Shown: positions 1-12,700 of the stretch, piece by piece | Layout of the letters: each line of letters begins with the position of its first letter | Numbering within the stretch: position 1 is the stretch's first letter | Assembly: GCA_037379345.1 (NCBI GenBank) | Contig: CM074515.1 | Span: 3,286,001-3,350,000 of the forward strand | Direction: 5' to 3' | DNA from: Perna viridis | Lineage: Eukaryota | Length of the DNA stretch: 64,000 nucleotides | Translations under genes and position numbers: made by a program | Notes under the pieces: model-generated | Database searches by the model: none | The model's input: the letters and a program-made list of their open reading frames with translations, nothing else | What the model was told of the DNA's origin: nothing

Positions 1-2500
1 GTAGTCTCAGAAATAATAACGGTCTAAACCCTACATTTTTACAATTTTCCTAAACTTCATAAACATTTATAATGTAAGTGGATACCTTGGGAATTTTGAA
101 ATTTAAACATAGACTCTCCATATCTACATATGAATTGCATTAATAATTATAAAGATGTAAAAAAAATACATAAATTAAATACTATAATATATTTCCCACA
201 AAGACATAAATAATAGCTATAAGAAGAGAACCTTGGTCGGGCAGTAAATCTTCTATTAATTAGACAATCCGAATTGTTGTCCAATGTTGCAAATCACAAG
301 GCATGATTTTATTCATGAATATGTTTCATTTTTTATCAAATTGATGTTGTTCAAGTTACAGTACCATTATAAAGTTTGAAACCTTTAATTAGAATGTCTG
401 GACAACCAGAGAACCCGAGACAGAAAAGGGAGAAATTAGCTCAGAAACGTTTTAGGTGTTCTGATTGCCCAGCAATATAGAGGCTTTTTATACTTTATAC
501 AAAATATTTCCAAGTTGCTAAAATCCTTATAACTACACACAAACACATATAAATACAAACACAAACACATTTTACAACTTCCTTACGAAAGGAACTTTAG
601 CACAATCGCAAAGTTTAGCACAAACGCACACACTATCCAGCATTACCACTAATAGAATCAAACCATGTATGGACCTTTTTTTATTTCAGGATCATGGTGA
701 TCGAGTGTGGCTGTTGCTCTCCGTTGTTAAATATGTATTGGGGTTTCCACTATAGTAAACATGCTGTGTTATTGTGTTAGCTATATATTGCAATTATGGA
801 AAACAAAAGAAGGGATTATGTCATTTCTACACATTTGTAATTTTCAAAAAATACATTGGAAAGAGTTTAATGTTATAATTTTATACTAAAATTGGATTCT
901 AATTTAGGAAATGATAGAAGAATTAGGAGAACTGAATAGAAAAGTAATACTCCATATAAAGACTAAGTATGCCAGGTGAAAAACTAACAATATCGCCCGT
1001 TGTAGCAGACGACTATATAACCGTCCTGCATACATAATGACCAGTGCAGTACACGTATGCTACCTAACTATCGGATATTATTCAAATCAAACGATGTTTG
1101 ACAATCTGTTAATGTCACTCAAAATCATTCGATTACACAGCGTCCACAGTAACTTCTGCGCTAAGCAATATCATGTATACAAACTCAAACGCTGAACGGT
1201 TAAGTTATTTACCAAAGAGTGAGCAACATAGGACATTGTAGATTTTACGACTAGGAAATCCTACAATTAAATCTTAGTCAGGTGTCTATGTCACCAGATG
1301 TTCTACCCATTTTTGAGATATATATATGGTTGTAGGGTGGGTCAGAGATTCCAAGGTTTTATTTCACGGAGAAGTGATATGTTCTCTTAAATAAGACTTG
1401 ATTTCATATTGAATAATATGGTGGTGCGAAAACCACGGATTATAGAAATAATATTTACATAAACTTTATAGAATATCTCATTAGCATAATTTTAATACGT
1501 TTTATTACCATCTGTGTACTTTAGTTTCAATTCCATAATGACAAAAAATTGTAGCTATTGTTGATATTGAGCTTTAGTCTATGAAATTTACATCTGGATT
1601 GTTCTAAATTGACAAGTTCTCTTTAGTATTAAATTTTAAGAGTTTTGAATTCATATATTTTATACAGCCCTTTTCACCCTATCTCTTCATTCGGTATAAT
1701 TCATGAAATACACAGTTAAGAAAACTGATATAATTTCGTATTACTTTACCAAAAATATTCATTTAGTTGTCAAAATTTTGTAACTTTAAGTGCCACGAAA
1801 ACTGTCAAATTCTAGACTTGTCTCTTTTTCTTATCATTTTACAAAGTATCCCAATATGTTTAGAGGAATGCCATCTTGTCATAGGCAAACTTTGTCATAT
1901 AATAATTCATATTGAAAGTAATTCAATTCTGTAAAGAATGATCATATTTCAACCCATCTCATAATTTGAGTAAATAATATTTGAATAGGAAAATATTACC
2001 AGATTCATCGTATGACATGTTCACGGGAAAGTTCATCCCGCATACCCATCTCAGGCATGGGGTGTACCGTCTAAAGAAAATATATAAAATCTCATGTTCA
2101 GCAAAATACATATTTGTGATATGTCTGAACAAATAATTAAAATGCCCCCGTTGAGCTACTTTGTTATGGCTTTAATCTTGGTAGTTGTCAAAACGGCCAC
2201 CAAAGTAGCTTAATCATGGGTACTACTTTAACGAGTAACACTTACTTTGTATGCTTACCGTGCGTAAGTAAATTGACATTTCTTCAATAGAAATATATAT
2301 TTAGGAAAAGGTAATGCATATAGCAAGTAACTGTACCAATATACATTATACATGTGTAGGGTTGACAATCATATAGTCGATTTAAAACCTTATAGTAATG
2401 GCTTTACATTTTTCTGTGACATAAACAGCGACCTTTAGTTGGGACATCAGAATCGGCTTAACGCACGGTGTCTACAAGGGTACCCATAAATCGTCCAATC

Positions 2501-2615
2501 GCAGGAACTTGAGGTCATGAGTTAGATCCATTACATGGACAAAAATTGTTAAAACAGCATTTTGGTACAATTTATGTCAATTTAATGGATGTAACTCATG
2601 ACCTCAAGTCCCTGT
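2501..2615. mobile_element. MITE-like foldback (near-perfect ~115-bp palindrome)
   Basis: Arms 2507-2533 and 2583-2609 are reverse complements at 26 of 27 positions. Inner arms gacaaaaattgt / acaatttatgtc also pair. Confidence 0.6.
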
Positions 2616-3319
2616 GTGTCCAATTACAATCGGGGCAGAACTAGAGTTTTCTCTTTGGTTGGATCGAATCTTACACAGGGTGATATTTCAAAACCAAAAT
2701 GTGGTGATACTTATCATAACCGTTGTTGGACGAATGTATTATTCCAACAGCTCTTGTATTTTTGATTATTTCATGACTCGGTGTATAAGCTTTTCGTTAT
2801 CTATTTGTTGTTAAATGTGATTCTCCGCCAGAAAACAAATTAGTTTCTGGCGACATAGTATTTTCTTTCCCTTTCTAAAGGGAGTGCAACTTGGTGATTA
2901 TATGGAGAAAAGATTCGTTAAGCCTGTTCTATGCTTACAGTTGTAGTAAAATCATGGTTATTCATGCTTTTGAAACTTTCTTTTGTTTTGACTTCACCTT
3001 GATGAAGTCACTTTTAGCTTTGCTTTCTCGGCATTGTCTCCGTCTCGTGTCATTTTAAATTACTATAGTTTTCTACAAAAAATGGTTCACAGTTATACAT
3101 GATGATACAGAATACTTTAGACTTTACTGCATGTCTAACGACAAAAAAAAAAAAAAAATACCGCTGTGTAAAAAGTTTTCGAGATCAAACGGTAAAGAAT
3201 GTATGAACTTTACAGTATAGTACAACATGGGCAAACTACGTGCAAGTACACAATAAAGTAATAAACATTAGTTCAATATTGATGTATTGGTTTATAAGAT
3301 ATAGGATTAATATATATTA

Positions 3320-3555
3320 GAACTCTGAAATATAGAAACTGTGGAAGAAGTCTGAAATATAGAAATTGTACACGAGGTCTGAAATACAGATAATGTAAAA
3401 GAAGTCGAAATATAGATACTGTATGCAATAGATCGAAATGTAGAAACTGTACAAGAAGTCTGAAATACAGATACTGAGCAAAAAGTTTGAAATATAGAAA
3501 CTGTACAAGTAGTCTGAAATATAGATACTGTACAAGAGGTCTGAAATATAGATAT
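3320..3555. repeat. Minisatellite, 27-bp unit, ~8.5 copies
   Basis: Unit tctgaaatatagaaactgtacaagaag. The spurious minus-strand ORFs show 9-aa periodicity. Confidence 0.9.
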
Positions 3556-6529
3556 CCCAATGGGTCAACATAAATATCAGACTCTTAACGGAAAAATATC
3601 ATGTGGCATGTATTCTCAACATTGATTTTTAAAAATTATTTTACAGGTTTTCTTGCTTTTAAACTTTTTTATTTTGTAATCAATAGTTCAGATTCAAATA
3701 TCATGAGAACTCCACAGCAGCTTTAGAAGGGACACAACTGCTATTCAATTCTCTGTATCAGTATAGCGATGCCACCATTTAACCTGACAATGATTATGGA
3801 AGTGATTTTGTAATTTCGTGCAATAAAACTGGAGACTAAATGATAAACGACATCATTGATGATGGAGTCAATTGATGCGATTCCAGCAAATTATTTCATT
3901 TTCATAAAACAACTTGTGTCCATTAATAGAAAGACATTTTGTCAATCTGAATCGCTGTCAGGTCATCTTTGATCCTAACCGAGTCAGTAATACGAGTAAC
4001 GAGTTACAGTATGATGTATGAAGCTCTTTACGTGCTTTTATTGGAATTTCCTTAAAATTATAGCAATATCATAAAAACCTTACAGAGACAACCGGAAAGT
4101 CGCTTCTTGATTTTATTACACAAAATAAAGATAATTCAACTTTTTGTAGAGATGAAGCAAAATTTCTCTTCGTTCTGCGAGTAATTTCATATTGGGCCAT
4201 TTCCCGTCAGGTATAAAATGTCATTAAATATGGGGAATGAATATCTTATCTGATGAGTTCGCTTATTCGAGAGAAGACATATATTGTCCTTTCAATTTTG
4301 GATTGTCACAGACTTGTTTTAAGGTCGAATATAAAATTACTTAAACCTATCATTTTGTAAACCATTGCTATATAGAAAAGAATACAAAATATCAGAGCAT
4401 CATTAATACATGATTGTAAATTAGTACAATGCCCTCTATGTTACAAATCTTGTAAGAAAATAGGTGGAATTAGATATACATAAATCAAGGTTAAACTTGG
4501 ATGAGATTACATTTATATAAAACTTTAAAGCAAGAGTGTTGGAAAGTTTATATCATATGACGAAAATAATAAATGAATCAGGTGCAATCTCTCCTTTACC
4601 TCTAACGAATTCTAGTACCTGCTTTCTTTTAACCTTTTTAAACACATCTTGCATACATTTCTTATGAAATAATTGCACCGTGAAGTAAGTGCAAAACTGT
4701 CATGGCAGGAAAGTACGAAGCAATGCCTCATATTTTAGTGGTGTTATTTAAAAATTTGTTTTTTCAATCATTTGCAGATGCCCCATTCAATTCATTGTGA
4801 CGTCTGAAGCTACTCGTTGAAGAACTGACGGTTAACTTTTATTACAGAGTTGCCCCCTTCCTTGCTTTTTCCGTTCGTCACATGAATGCTGATTGTGTTC
4901 TATTTCGCAATAATTTTACGACAGCAATCTTTCAAAGTTTTTTTCTCATGTACCTTCAGATTTTAACGTATTTAGGGATTTTCGTCAGTATTTTTGTTCC
5001 ATAAATGATCTACGATAAACAGAAGAAGACTTTTAAATAAAAAAAGATGAATTGACTTGTCATATAACTACTTGTCATAACAAAGAATAAAGTAAAATAT
5101 TCTCCATGGAATCGATCATATTTCAGCATATGAAGGAAACTCCTTAAAGTTATAACAATTCTCGTAAAGTACGCAAGTAAGTCATTTTACTTACTGCTTA
5201 AACGTCAATATTTAGATTCTGCTGCATTTTTGTCCTTGTGAAAACTTTTTAACAAACGACTTTGCATTTTGGCGTGGGTGGTCATAACCATACATTTTGT
5301 TATAAATAAATGAATTTAGAAAACTTGCATCTGCATCAAAAGGTATAATGACAATAAATTACGTGTGAATCATAAACTTTTTCCTCGGTGTCCTCCAAGC
5401 AGGGGCGACACATCCTCTTAATTCATTAATTAGGTCTTATGATGTTTATAAATATTAACAGATTTATACATTTCAAAAGATGATATTTCACGTAAATGAT
5501 TTATAAATTACATGTTATACAATGTCATAATGTTGTTTTTCTTTGTAAAATAATGTTGTCTGTTTTCAGTAGATCAGGAGTAATGCTTTTCCCTCCAGTT
5601 GACGTTTCTTACTCTTATTGGATTATCTGAAAGACAAACACACTCTAGAATTAACACATTTGAGCTAATGTCATCTTAAGTCTTAATCAAATAAGAACAG
5701 TTCTTTCAGAAAATTCAATTGTTTGACATTCTTCTAAAATTATAACTAATAATTATGTCACAATTGACAATTAAAAAACATATTCCCCTGGGGATGTTTT
5801 CACACTTAAATATCATTCTTCTAAAAATCGATCATTGTTCATTAAATAATCATCGGACGTCTTTAAGTCCTAGAAATCTAATTAACGATTCATCTTTTGT
5901 CGGTAAAATGTGTGCTCAATGCTTTAAATCTAATAAGATAATAAAGTTTATAAAAGATGAACTGCTATTTTACAGGTTACTGACACAAGTTTCATAGTTG
6001 CCTCATAATGTACGGAAAATTATTTCTTATCCTAGAATCACAATTTGCTTCGCCTACCATTTTTTCAGATTTTAATTTTAATACGGACATAGACATAATT
6101 TTATATTTTATTAAAAAAAAAAATTCAAACTTTGCCGTCGGATTTGTCGCTAAAACGCAAAAACATATATTTGCCTTTTTCAGAGAAAATAGAATGATTC
6201 GCGAATCACACGTTAAGTCATAAAGCTGTGAACATTGAAGAATTTTAAATAAATGTGGTTAACATATTGATAATTGATAGGATAGAAATAATTAAGTTTA
6301 ACTACACATAACAAAATATTTGTCTACGCATTAAACCTCTTTCCGTCTATCAAACAATTATTTCTTAATCAAATAATTAAATTTTTATTACGTTTTTATT
6401 TATTTACTTATATAAACATGTAAGAAATTATTATGTAAGTTAAAATAGTTTAAAGGGATGTCCAACTCCTATTTGTTTGTATAAACAATTGTAAAGAAAC
6501 ATCTCACATTGAAAGTCACTCAACTATCA

Positions 6530-6719
6530 CAATAGTCATCTCGCGTTCCGAATCTTTTTATTCTAAAACCAATCAAAAACGTTGTTTCTATTTTATTATC
6601 ATAATCTTGAAGTATCGATAATCATATTTTCTGACATGCGCATTATAGTATTTGCAGTAATCAGAAGAAAAATCAAGTGGAGAAACTTTTGTCATTTTGT
6701 CTGTTTCTTTTCTTAAAGA
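6530..6719 (+). promoter_or_regulatory. Candidate proximal promoter / 5' UTR of sall
   Basis: CCAAT at 6569-6573, about 150 bp upstream of the ATG. CpG is not depleted around 6.0-7.3 kb. The TSS cannot be determined from sequence. Confidence 0.3.
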
Positions 6720-6792
6720 ATGTCACGTCGAAAACAGACGAAACCGAGACACATTGAGTCGGAATCCGAAATTGCAGCTTTGCTTCAGAATG
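6720..6792 (+). CDS. sall: SALL coding exon 1 (MSRRKQTKPRHIESESEIAALLQN-G), NuRD-binding motif
   Basis: ATG at 6720. MSRRKQxKPxH is the SALL N-terminal repression motif. Strong donor G|GTAAGT at 6793. Confidence 0.93.
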
Positions 6793-9719
6793 GTAAGTTG
6801 ATTGATAAAAAGGATTTCGTACGAGGAATTACCAGCGCAATACACAGATATTGTTTTGGAATGACAGGTGACTGGAGTGATTACATTACATTCAGAATCC
6901 TCTGGGAGGTTTAAATCCAACTAGGGTCAATAATTTAATTTCATTTGGAAGCAGGCAACCGGATGGTAATGTATTACATTCAAGTTTTCTTATTTACTAT
7001 TTTACGTTATAGTGGTTTGTTTACCTATTTTAAAAAGTCCGCGAAATTTACACCCGAGTTGGCCTTTAGCACGTGGGGATTAGCAGATCGCATTCTATCA
7101 CAGCCGGTCGCACGGTAAAGTAGATCTTTTTAATTGCTTTTAATTATAAAATGTTTAATGATTAAGGTAAATAAACAATTGATTCTAAATATTTTTCTGT
7201 TCCTGATTATACCATTAAAAAAATTGTCGGACTTCGATTTTGAATGATATTTTATAGTTGAATATTAAAAAACCTGCATCGGTTATTGAAATCTTTTATA
7301 AAAAAAAACCTTTGATATTTTAAGATGACAGGTACCTGTTTGTTTTGAATTATATTGAAATATATTTAGTACTTTCACTTAATATTTGCGATTGAAGAGG
7401 CATATTTATGTTACCCTATTACGGTAGAATGTATATCTTCAATATTGAATTAGACAAATTTATAAAGCAATTGTTGATAAAGGGAATATTAATTTTTGTT
7501 GATTTAGTGTCTAGTTTAATGTAGCATATACAAACATTTTATATTAGGTACAAATAACAAGATTTTCTTTCCATTTGATAAGAAATTTAGTAAGTCATGC
7601 ACAATTTTGCTTTTCATCTCTGCTTTATTCTCCTTAATATGAATGTTTTATTTATAATTGCATAAGATATTTGATAAAAATGTTGCATTTTCATTTGCTT
7701 GTGTTGACTAATATTAACTAGAAATAAAGGAAAATGTCTTTTAAGTTTATTGATAAATCTCATTGGGACACGAACACCTGAAAAATATTAAAAACCTTTT
7801 GAAATAGATTGGAAGATTTATGAAAATAATAAAAGGATCTGTCCCATACTTAAATCAAATTTGTAGCCCTACTTTAGTGGACTTAGGGATACAGAATTCA
7901 TGTTAAAAACAAGGTGAAGAGAATTAGAAATTTAAACAAATGGGCCTTTTAGATTATTATAAATCATAAACTAATTCATATCACTATCCACAGAATGTGG
8001 TATATTTCTTATGAAAACCCAGAAATATTGATAAGTTAGTATTGAAAGAGAAAATTGATAAGACTATTTAATGCCTTCTCATAAGAATTGGTGGAGATTT
8101 TCACAGTGACGACACATCTTACCTTGCTACCCGGATTAAGAAAATCACCATTTATTTCATTTAGTTATATATTTCTTGTAGTAATTGTCAATTTCTAGAT
8201 AAGGGTGTAATTTAGCCAAAGGGGAGCATGTCCAACTAGGAAACTTGTGGAATTTTCCCTGATTGTCTTTGTAAAAAGTTATGAGGGAATCAGTTGAATG
8301 TGTGAAAGGCCTGAGGGATAATGTTATCTGCTCAATATAATTGAATATAATTTTCATGTATCTGTTATTTACATTGTAATTGATAACATACTTGTGAAAT
8401 GAACATGATTTTAAAAAATTGAATAGAAAATATAATGTTTACACAAGGATAAAGTCTTAACATTTCTTACAATTGTCCACATTTTATACATTTGTTGACA
8501 AAAATTACATTGAAAATCTAATCTGCATTGTGTAGAAAAGAAATATTACAATGAAAGAATCAACATTGAATTGATATCCACTCATTAGAAAGGTTGAAGA
8601 TTACTTTTCTTTTTTTATAATACAAGTTTTGGTTATTAACAAGTTTTTCAAAGCAATTTTGTCAGAAGTAGATGACAAGTGAAGATATATATTGAGATGG
8701 GCAGTCAGATATGAAAATGATAGATATGGAAAATTGACATTTTAGACAGTTAGAACTCCAACTAACAGCTGCTTAGCTGATGATTTTCAGAAAAATTTTG
8801 ACAGTCTATTTAGCAGCATTTGCTAAATTGGCAGTTCTGAGTTTGTTAAGAAAATCATAACAAAAATGTTGGCATCATGACTCAAACAAATAGATATTTT
8901 TTGTATACTGATATAATCAGCATTCTTAGAATAAAAAAAATATTTGTTATTTCAAATCAGCTGCTTCAGTTCACAATAATAAATGTTCATTTGTAATGAT
9001 ATCATATAGAGATAGACCATAACTCCCTTAAATATTGTCTGTCAACTTTGGCCCAGAACCTTTTTTTAATATTTTCTATGGTGAAAATTTGAAACGGGAC
9101 ATTTTTCATGTGTTGGTCGAGTTTTCCCTTCCTGCATATTTTACAATGGTGTAATTAATTAGTTTCAGAATTCTGTCTAGGTGTTTAGCCAAATCTTTAT
9201 TGAATTTGTGTTAAAGTTCTCTGACACTTTTAGTTGACTTTTCGATGGTAAAACTTCAAGAATTAATTTGCATGCGTTGATTTTAAATAATGTTTAGTCT
9301 AATGGTATTAAGAACATTGGCATTTGAACAAGCAACTGTTGTCAGGCTGATAGACTCAAAGACCAAGAAAATGTATAAACATGTATTGTCATTAGTTAAT
9401 ATAGGGAGGGACAAGTATACCACATGTATAATACATGTAAGATAATTACATAAGTCTAGAATTAAAAAAAAAAAAAAACAGTGCAGTATCGAAGGAAATT
9501 GAATTGTAAATTTATGAGGAAATACATGTAGTTTATGAATTTACTGTTAATATAAAGTTTTCTGATTTAGTTCTATCCTGCATTTATATTACACCCACAT
9601 ACATGTATCCTTAGGTACATGCACTTCTAATGTCATATAATTTTATTTTTCTAACAGCTTATAAGATAAAAAAAAATTGTGAAATTTAGAGTTTAACATT
9701 ATTGGAAAGATTGATCCAT

Positions 9720-9725
<6 letters not shown>

Positions 9726-9781
<56 letters not shown>
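9726..9781. repeat. (AT)n microsatellite
   Basis: About 28 perfect AT units. Confidence 0.97.
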
Positions 9782-9784
<3 letters not shown>

Positions 9785-12700
9785 ATTCATTGTAGTTCAA
9801 CTACATGTACATGTATTTTACTGCATTAAACACCAACACTTACTCTAATTAATGCTAAGCAAAAATTAAAAGTCATCATTGCAATATTTGGGAATGATGC
9901 TAATTTTTTTTTTCCATCGGAAGATGTAGAAGGAGATTCTACCCATTAAATAAATATTTAAAGTTTATATATGTGTTTGATGGAAAAGAATTAAAGTGAA
10001 ACACTGTATAAAAGTTTGCTGAGGAAGTGTTGTAATCTCAGATTAAAAGCATTACTACGTTGATATCAAAACTTTAATGGTAAATTGCAATATCACATTT
10101 TTGACAAATTGAAACATGAGTCGTATTAACAGCTCACAGAGCAAAAATTTTGGGCAAGGCATCCGTTTATGAAAATTTATGTAAACAAATCTTCCAATCA
10201 CTAGGAACAAGGCGATGAAGAAGTCGACAGTAATGTAGATAATTTTATCTGCCAAAATATTTTGTCTTATGACATTCTCTATATGTTTATAAGTATCAGG
10301 ACAACGGAAGATTAGGTTAGAAAGCTATCCACGGTAGATCTACAGGTATTACTATGATCATAATGGATACAAATTAGACAATTTGTATGTAGTTTGTAAT
10401 ACTATGATGTTGAAAAGAGTTTTTGATAGGGTTAATTTATAAGTAAACAGAGATTGTTTTTGCTCTAAGTTTGCATGTATTACACCAAGTAGCCACTTTA
10501 AAGGGAAAAAATAACAATTAATGTTATTTTAGCTGAACACAGATTTGAGATCTAAGATTGAATGAGTCGTGTTGAGTCTCTTCTATCGATTTTGGAACCA
10601 TTCAATCACTTCATTGCTATAGCCATATCACAAATCTTTTTTATAATGTTGAGAACAACATGCAAGTTTTTATGGGAATAATTAGTAAGTCTTGGCAGAA
10701 ATTGTTAAAATTTTGGAATTTAAGAAATTACTGAAATGTTGTTAAACCCATTGAAACTGTCATTATTGACCAGTGTTACTTATCATTTGTCTAGGATGAA
10801 CAAGTGAAGCCAGAAATTGAAATACTTATCTTTATATAATTTGACACTTTAATGAGTGAACATTATAGTTTTTTGCTGACTTGATGGACAAAAATTAGTT
10901 TTTAGATATGGAATCATATGGACTGTTTCTATGACCTGAAAATCATACTTCTCTTGACCTCTATATGTTTAGTCTGTGAAGATTTAGATAAGAAAAAAAA
11001 AGTGCTATGTTTGTCTGTGTTCATTTTGTTTTATTTAATGTATAGATGAAGCCTCAGTGATTTCCACATCAGCCCAGCCACACTTGGAACTCTCCATGCA
11101 TTTGAAAAGATAATTCCAAGTTATTATAGGATAAATTTTCAGTTTAGCAAATCCCTGATGAAATTAATATTGTCTGCGTCAGCTGGATCAAGCCAAAAAC
11201 ATTAATACTGTAATAATTTCTCTTGACAGGAAATGGCCTAAACTTTTGCAGGTATCAACAGTCTCCTATGCTCAACAGAATTACCGTAGCTGGGTAACTT
11301 TTGATTTTATAAGATTTGATTTACTGCTGACAATGTTGATATTAGCCAAAATAAAATAACTTCTGCATCTAGGTTAACATTTTAACTCATTGTTTGTTCA
11401 CCAGTTATGTCAGAGCGATAAGATATGAATTTCAAGTACATTTTCAATAGCATGAATCGAGAAAAATTAATTTGTCTTGCGTTTTATTTTCATTTAAAAT
11501 GATTGATTAGTAAATTATAAATCTTTGAAATTAACACTAATGGTTTTCAACTGTTTGCTGAATTCTGTGGTGTCTTTTTAACTCATTTAAAAAAAAAATC
11601 TTTTTACATTTATTAATTTTGATGGCAATATTTTCATTAAATAGTAACTTAATTGGTTTTAAATCTGTATTTTATGGATGAAGGTGATATGTTCTTTCAT
11701 AACTCTCTCTACTGGTAGTGGCACTGAGATTGCAACACACTATTTCCTACATGTATCTCTTTTAAAACTCTCTCTCTTTCAAATATATAGCTATATGTAG
11801 AGGTTTTTATATATATTTACAATAAAGTCACTAGTTTCACTATATGTACATTTATTATATCAATATGACTATCATGTCTAACATGTTAGCAGCTGTTGTT
11901 GCACATAGAATTATAAATTAATTTCACAATAGAATAATCATTTCAAATCAAAATTATCATTTGGTCTGTCTTTTTACAGTTTTAACAGAACATGCAAGTT
12001 TAAATGTGTCATAACTAGAAAATGTATCTTTCTTCCTCATCTGATCAGAAACTCATGAAGGGAGACAACTGAAGCATCAGTTCCCTTCCCCCATTTCTAT
12101 AAGATCTTTTTAATGGATATGAACAACCTGTTTCAAAAATTTTTCTCTAACAAACCAAAAACAATTAGCTGGAAATGGTTTGGTTAAGCATCCACTATTC
12201 TGTAAACATTCTAGCCAAGGGTTCAATTTAATGCTATTAGGGAAACAATCACAGAATGAAAGGAAGAGAGTGAAGTTAACAAAAAGACAGGAAACTCCAT
12301 ATTGTGTAGGAGGAAAGGTGTGCAAGATGAAGAGGATCATCTGACCCTTTACAGGATATTTGACCTTTTACTCTTGTACACTTCATGATTTATGCTCTGG
12401 AAAGAAACTTCTCTAAAATAAGAATGACCATGGTCATGTTTGTAATTCACCTGTGTGGCTGTTGTGACACACCTTTCTTACAGACCAGAGTGACCTATGT
12501 CCACCCTGTCTGAAATAATTAATGTCTCTTTAAAATATCATTTCAAATGATTCATATTTCAGCTTTTATTTCTTCTCAGACAATTAATGGACAGTTTGCT
12601 GTGGTTTAAACATAGGTGTGATTTTACATTAGGATATGTGAAATGTTCATGATTCATCAGATTTCAATAGAAAAGGATGGACAAAATATAATAAGGTCCA

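Noticed and set aside
690-780. C1q-like (GDRVWL) or TGF-beta-like (MVIECGC) terminal exon after the acceptor at 689
   Set aside because: The matches are only 5-7 residues in different frames with no supporting upstream exon, which is consistent with chance.
2826-2852. 9-bp stem hairpin cgccagaaa/tttctggcg resembling an intrinsic terminator
   Set aside because: Eukaryotic DNA; too short to assign a function and may be a Helitron-end or chance palindrome.
3273-3571. Overlapping Tyr/Phe-rich ORFs
   Set aside because: Artefacts of the 27-bp minisatellite.
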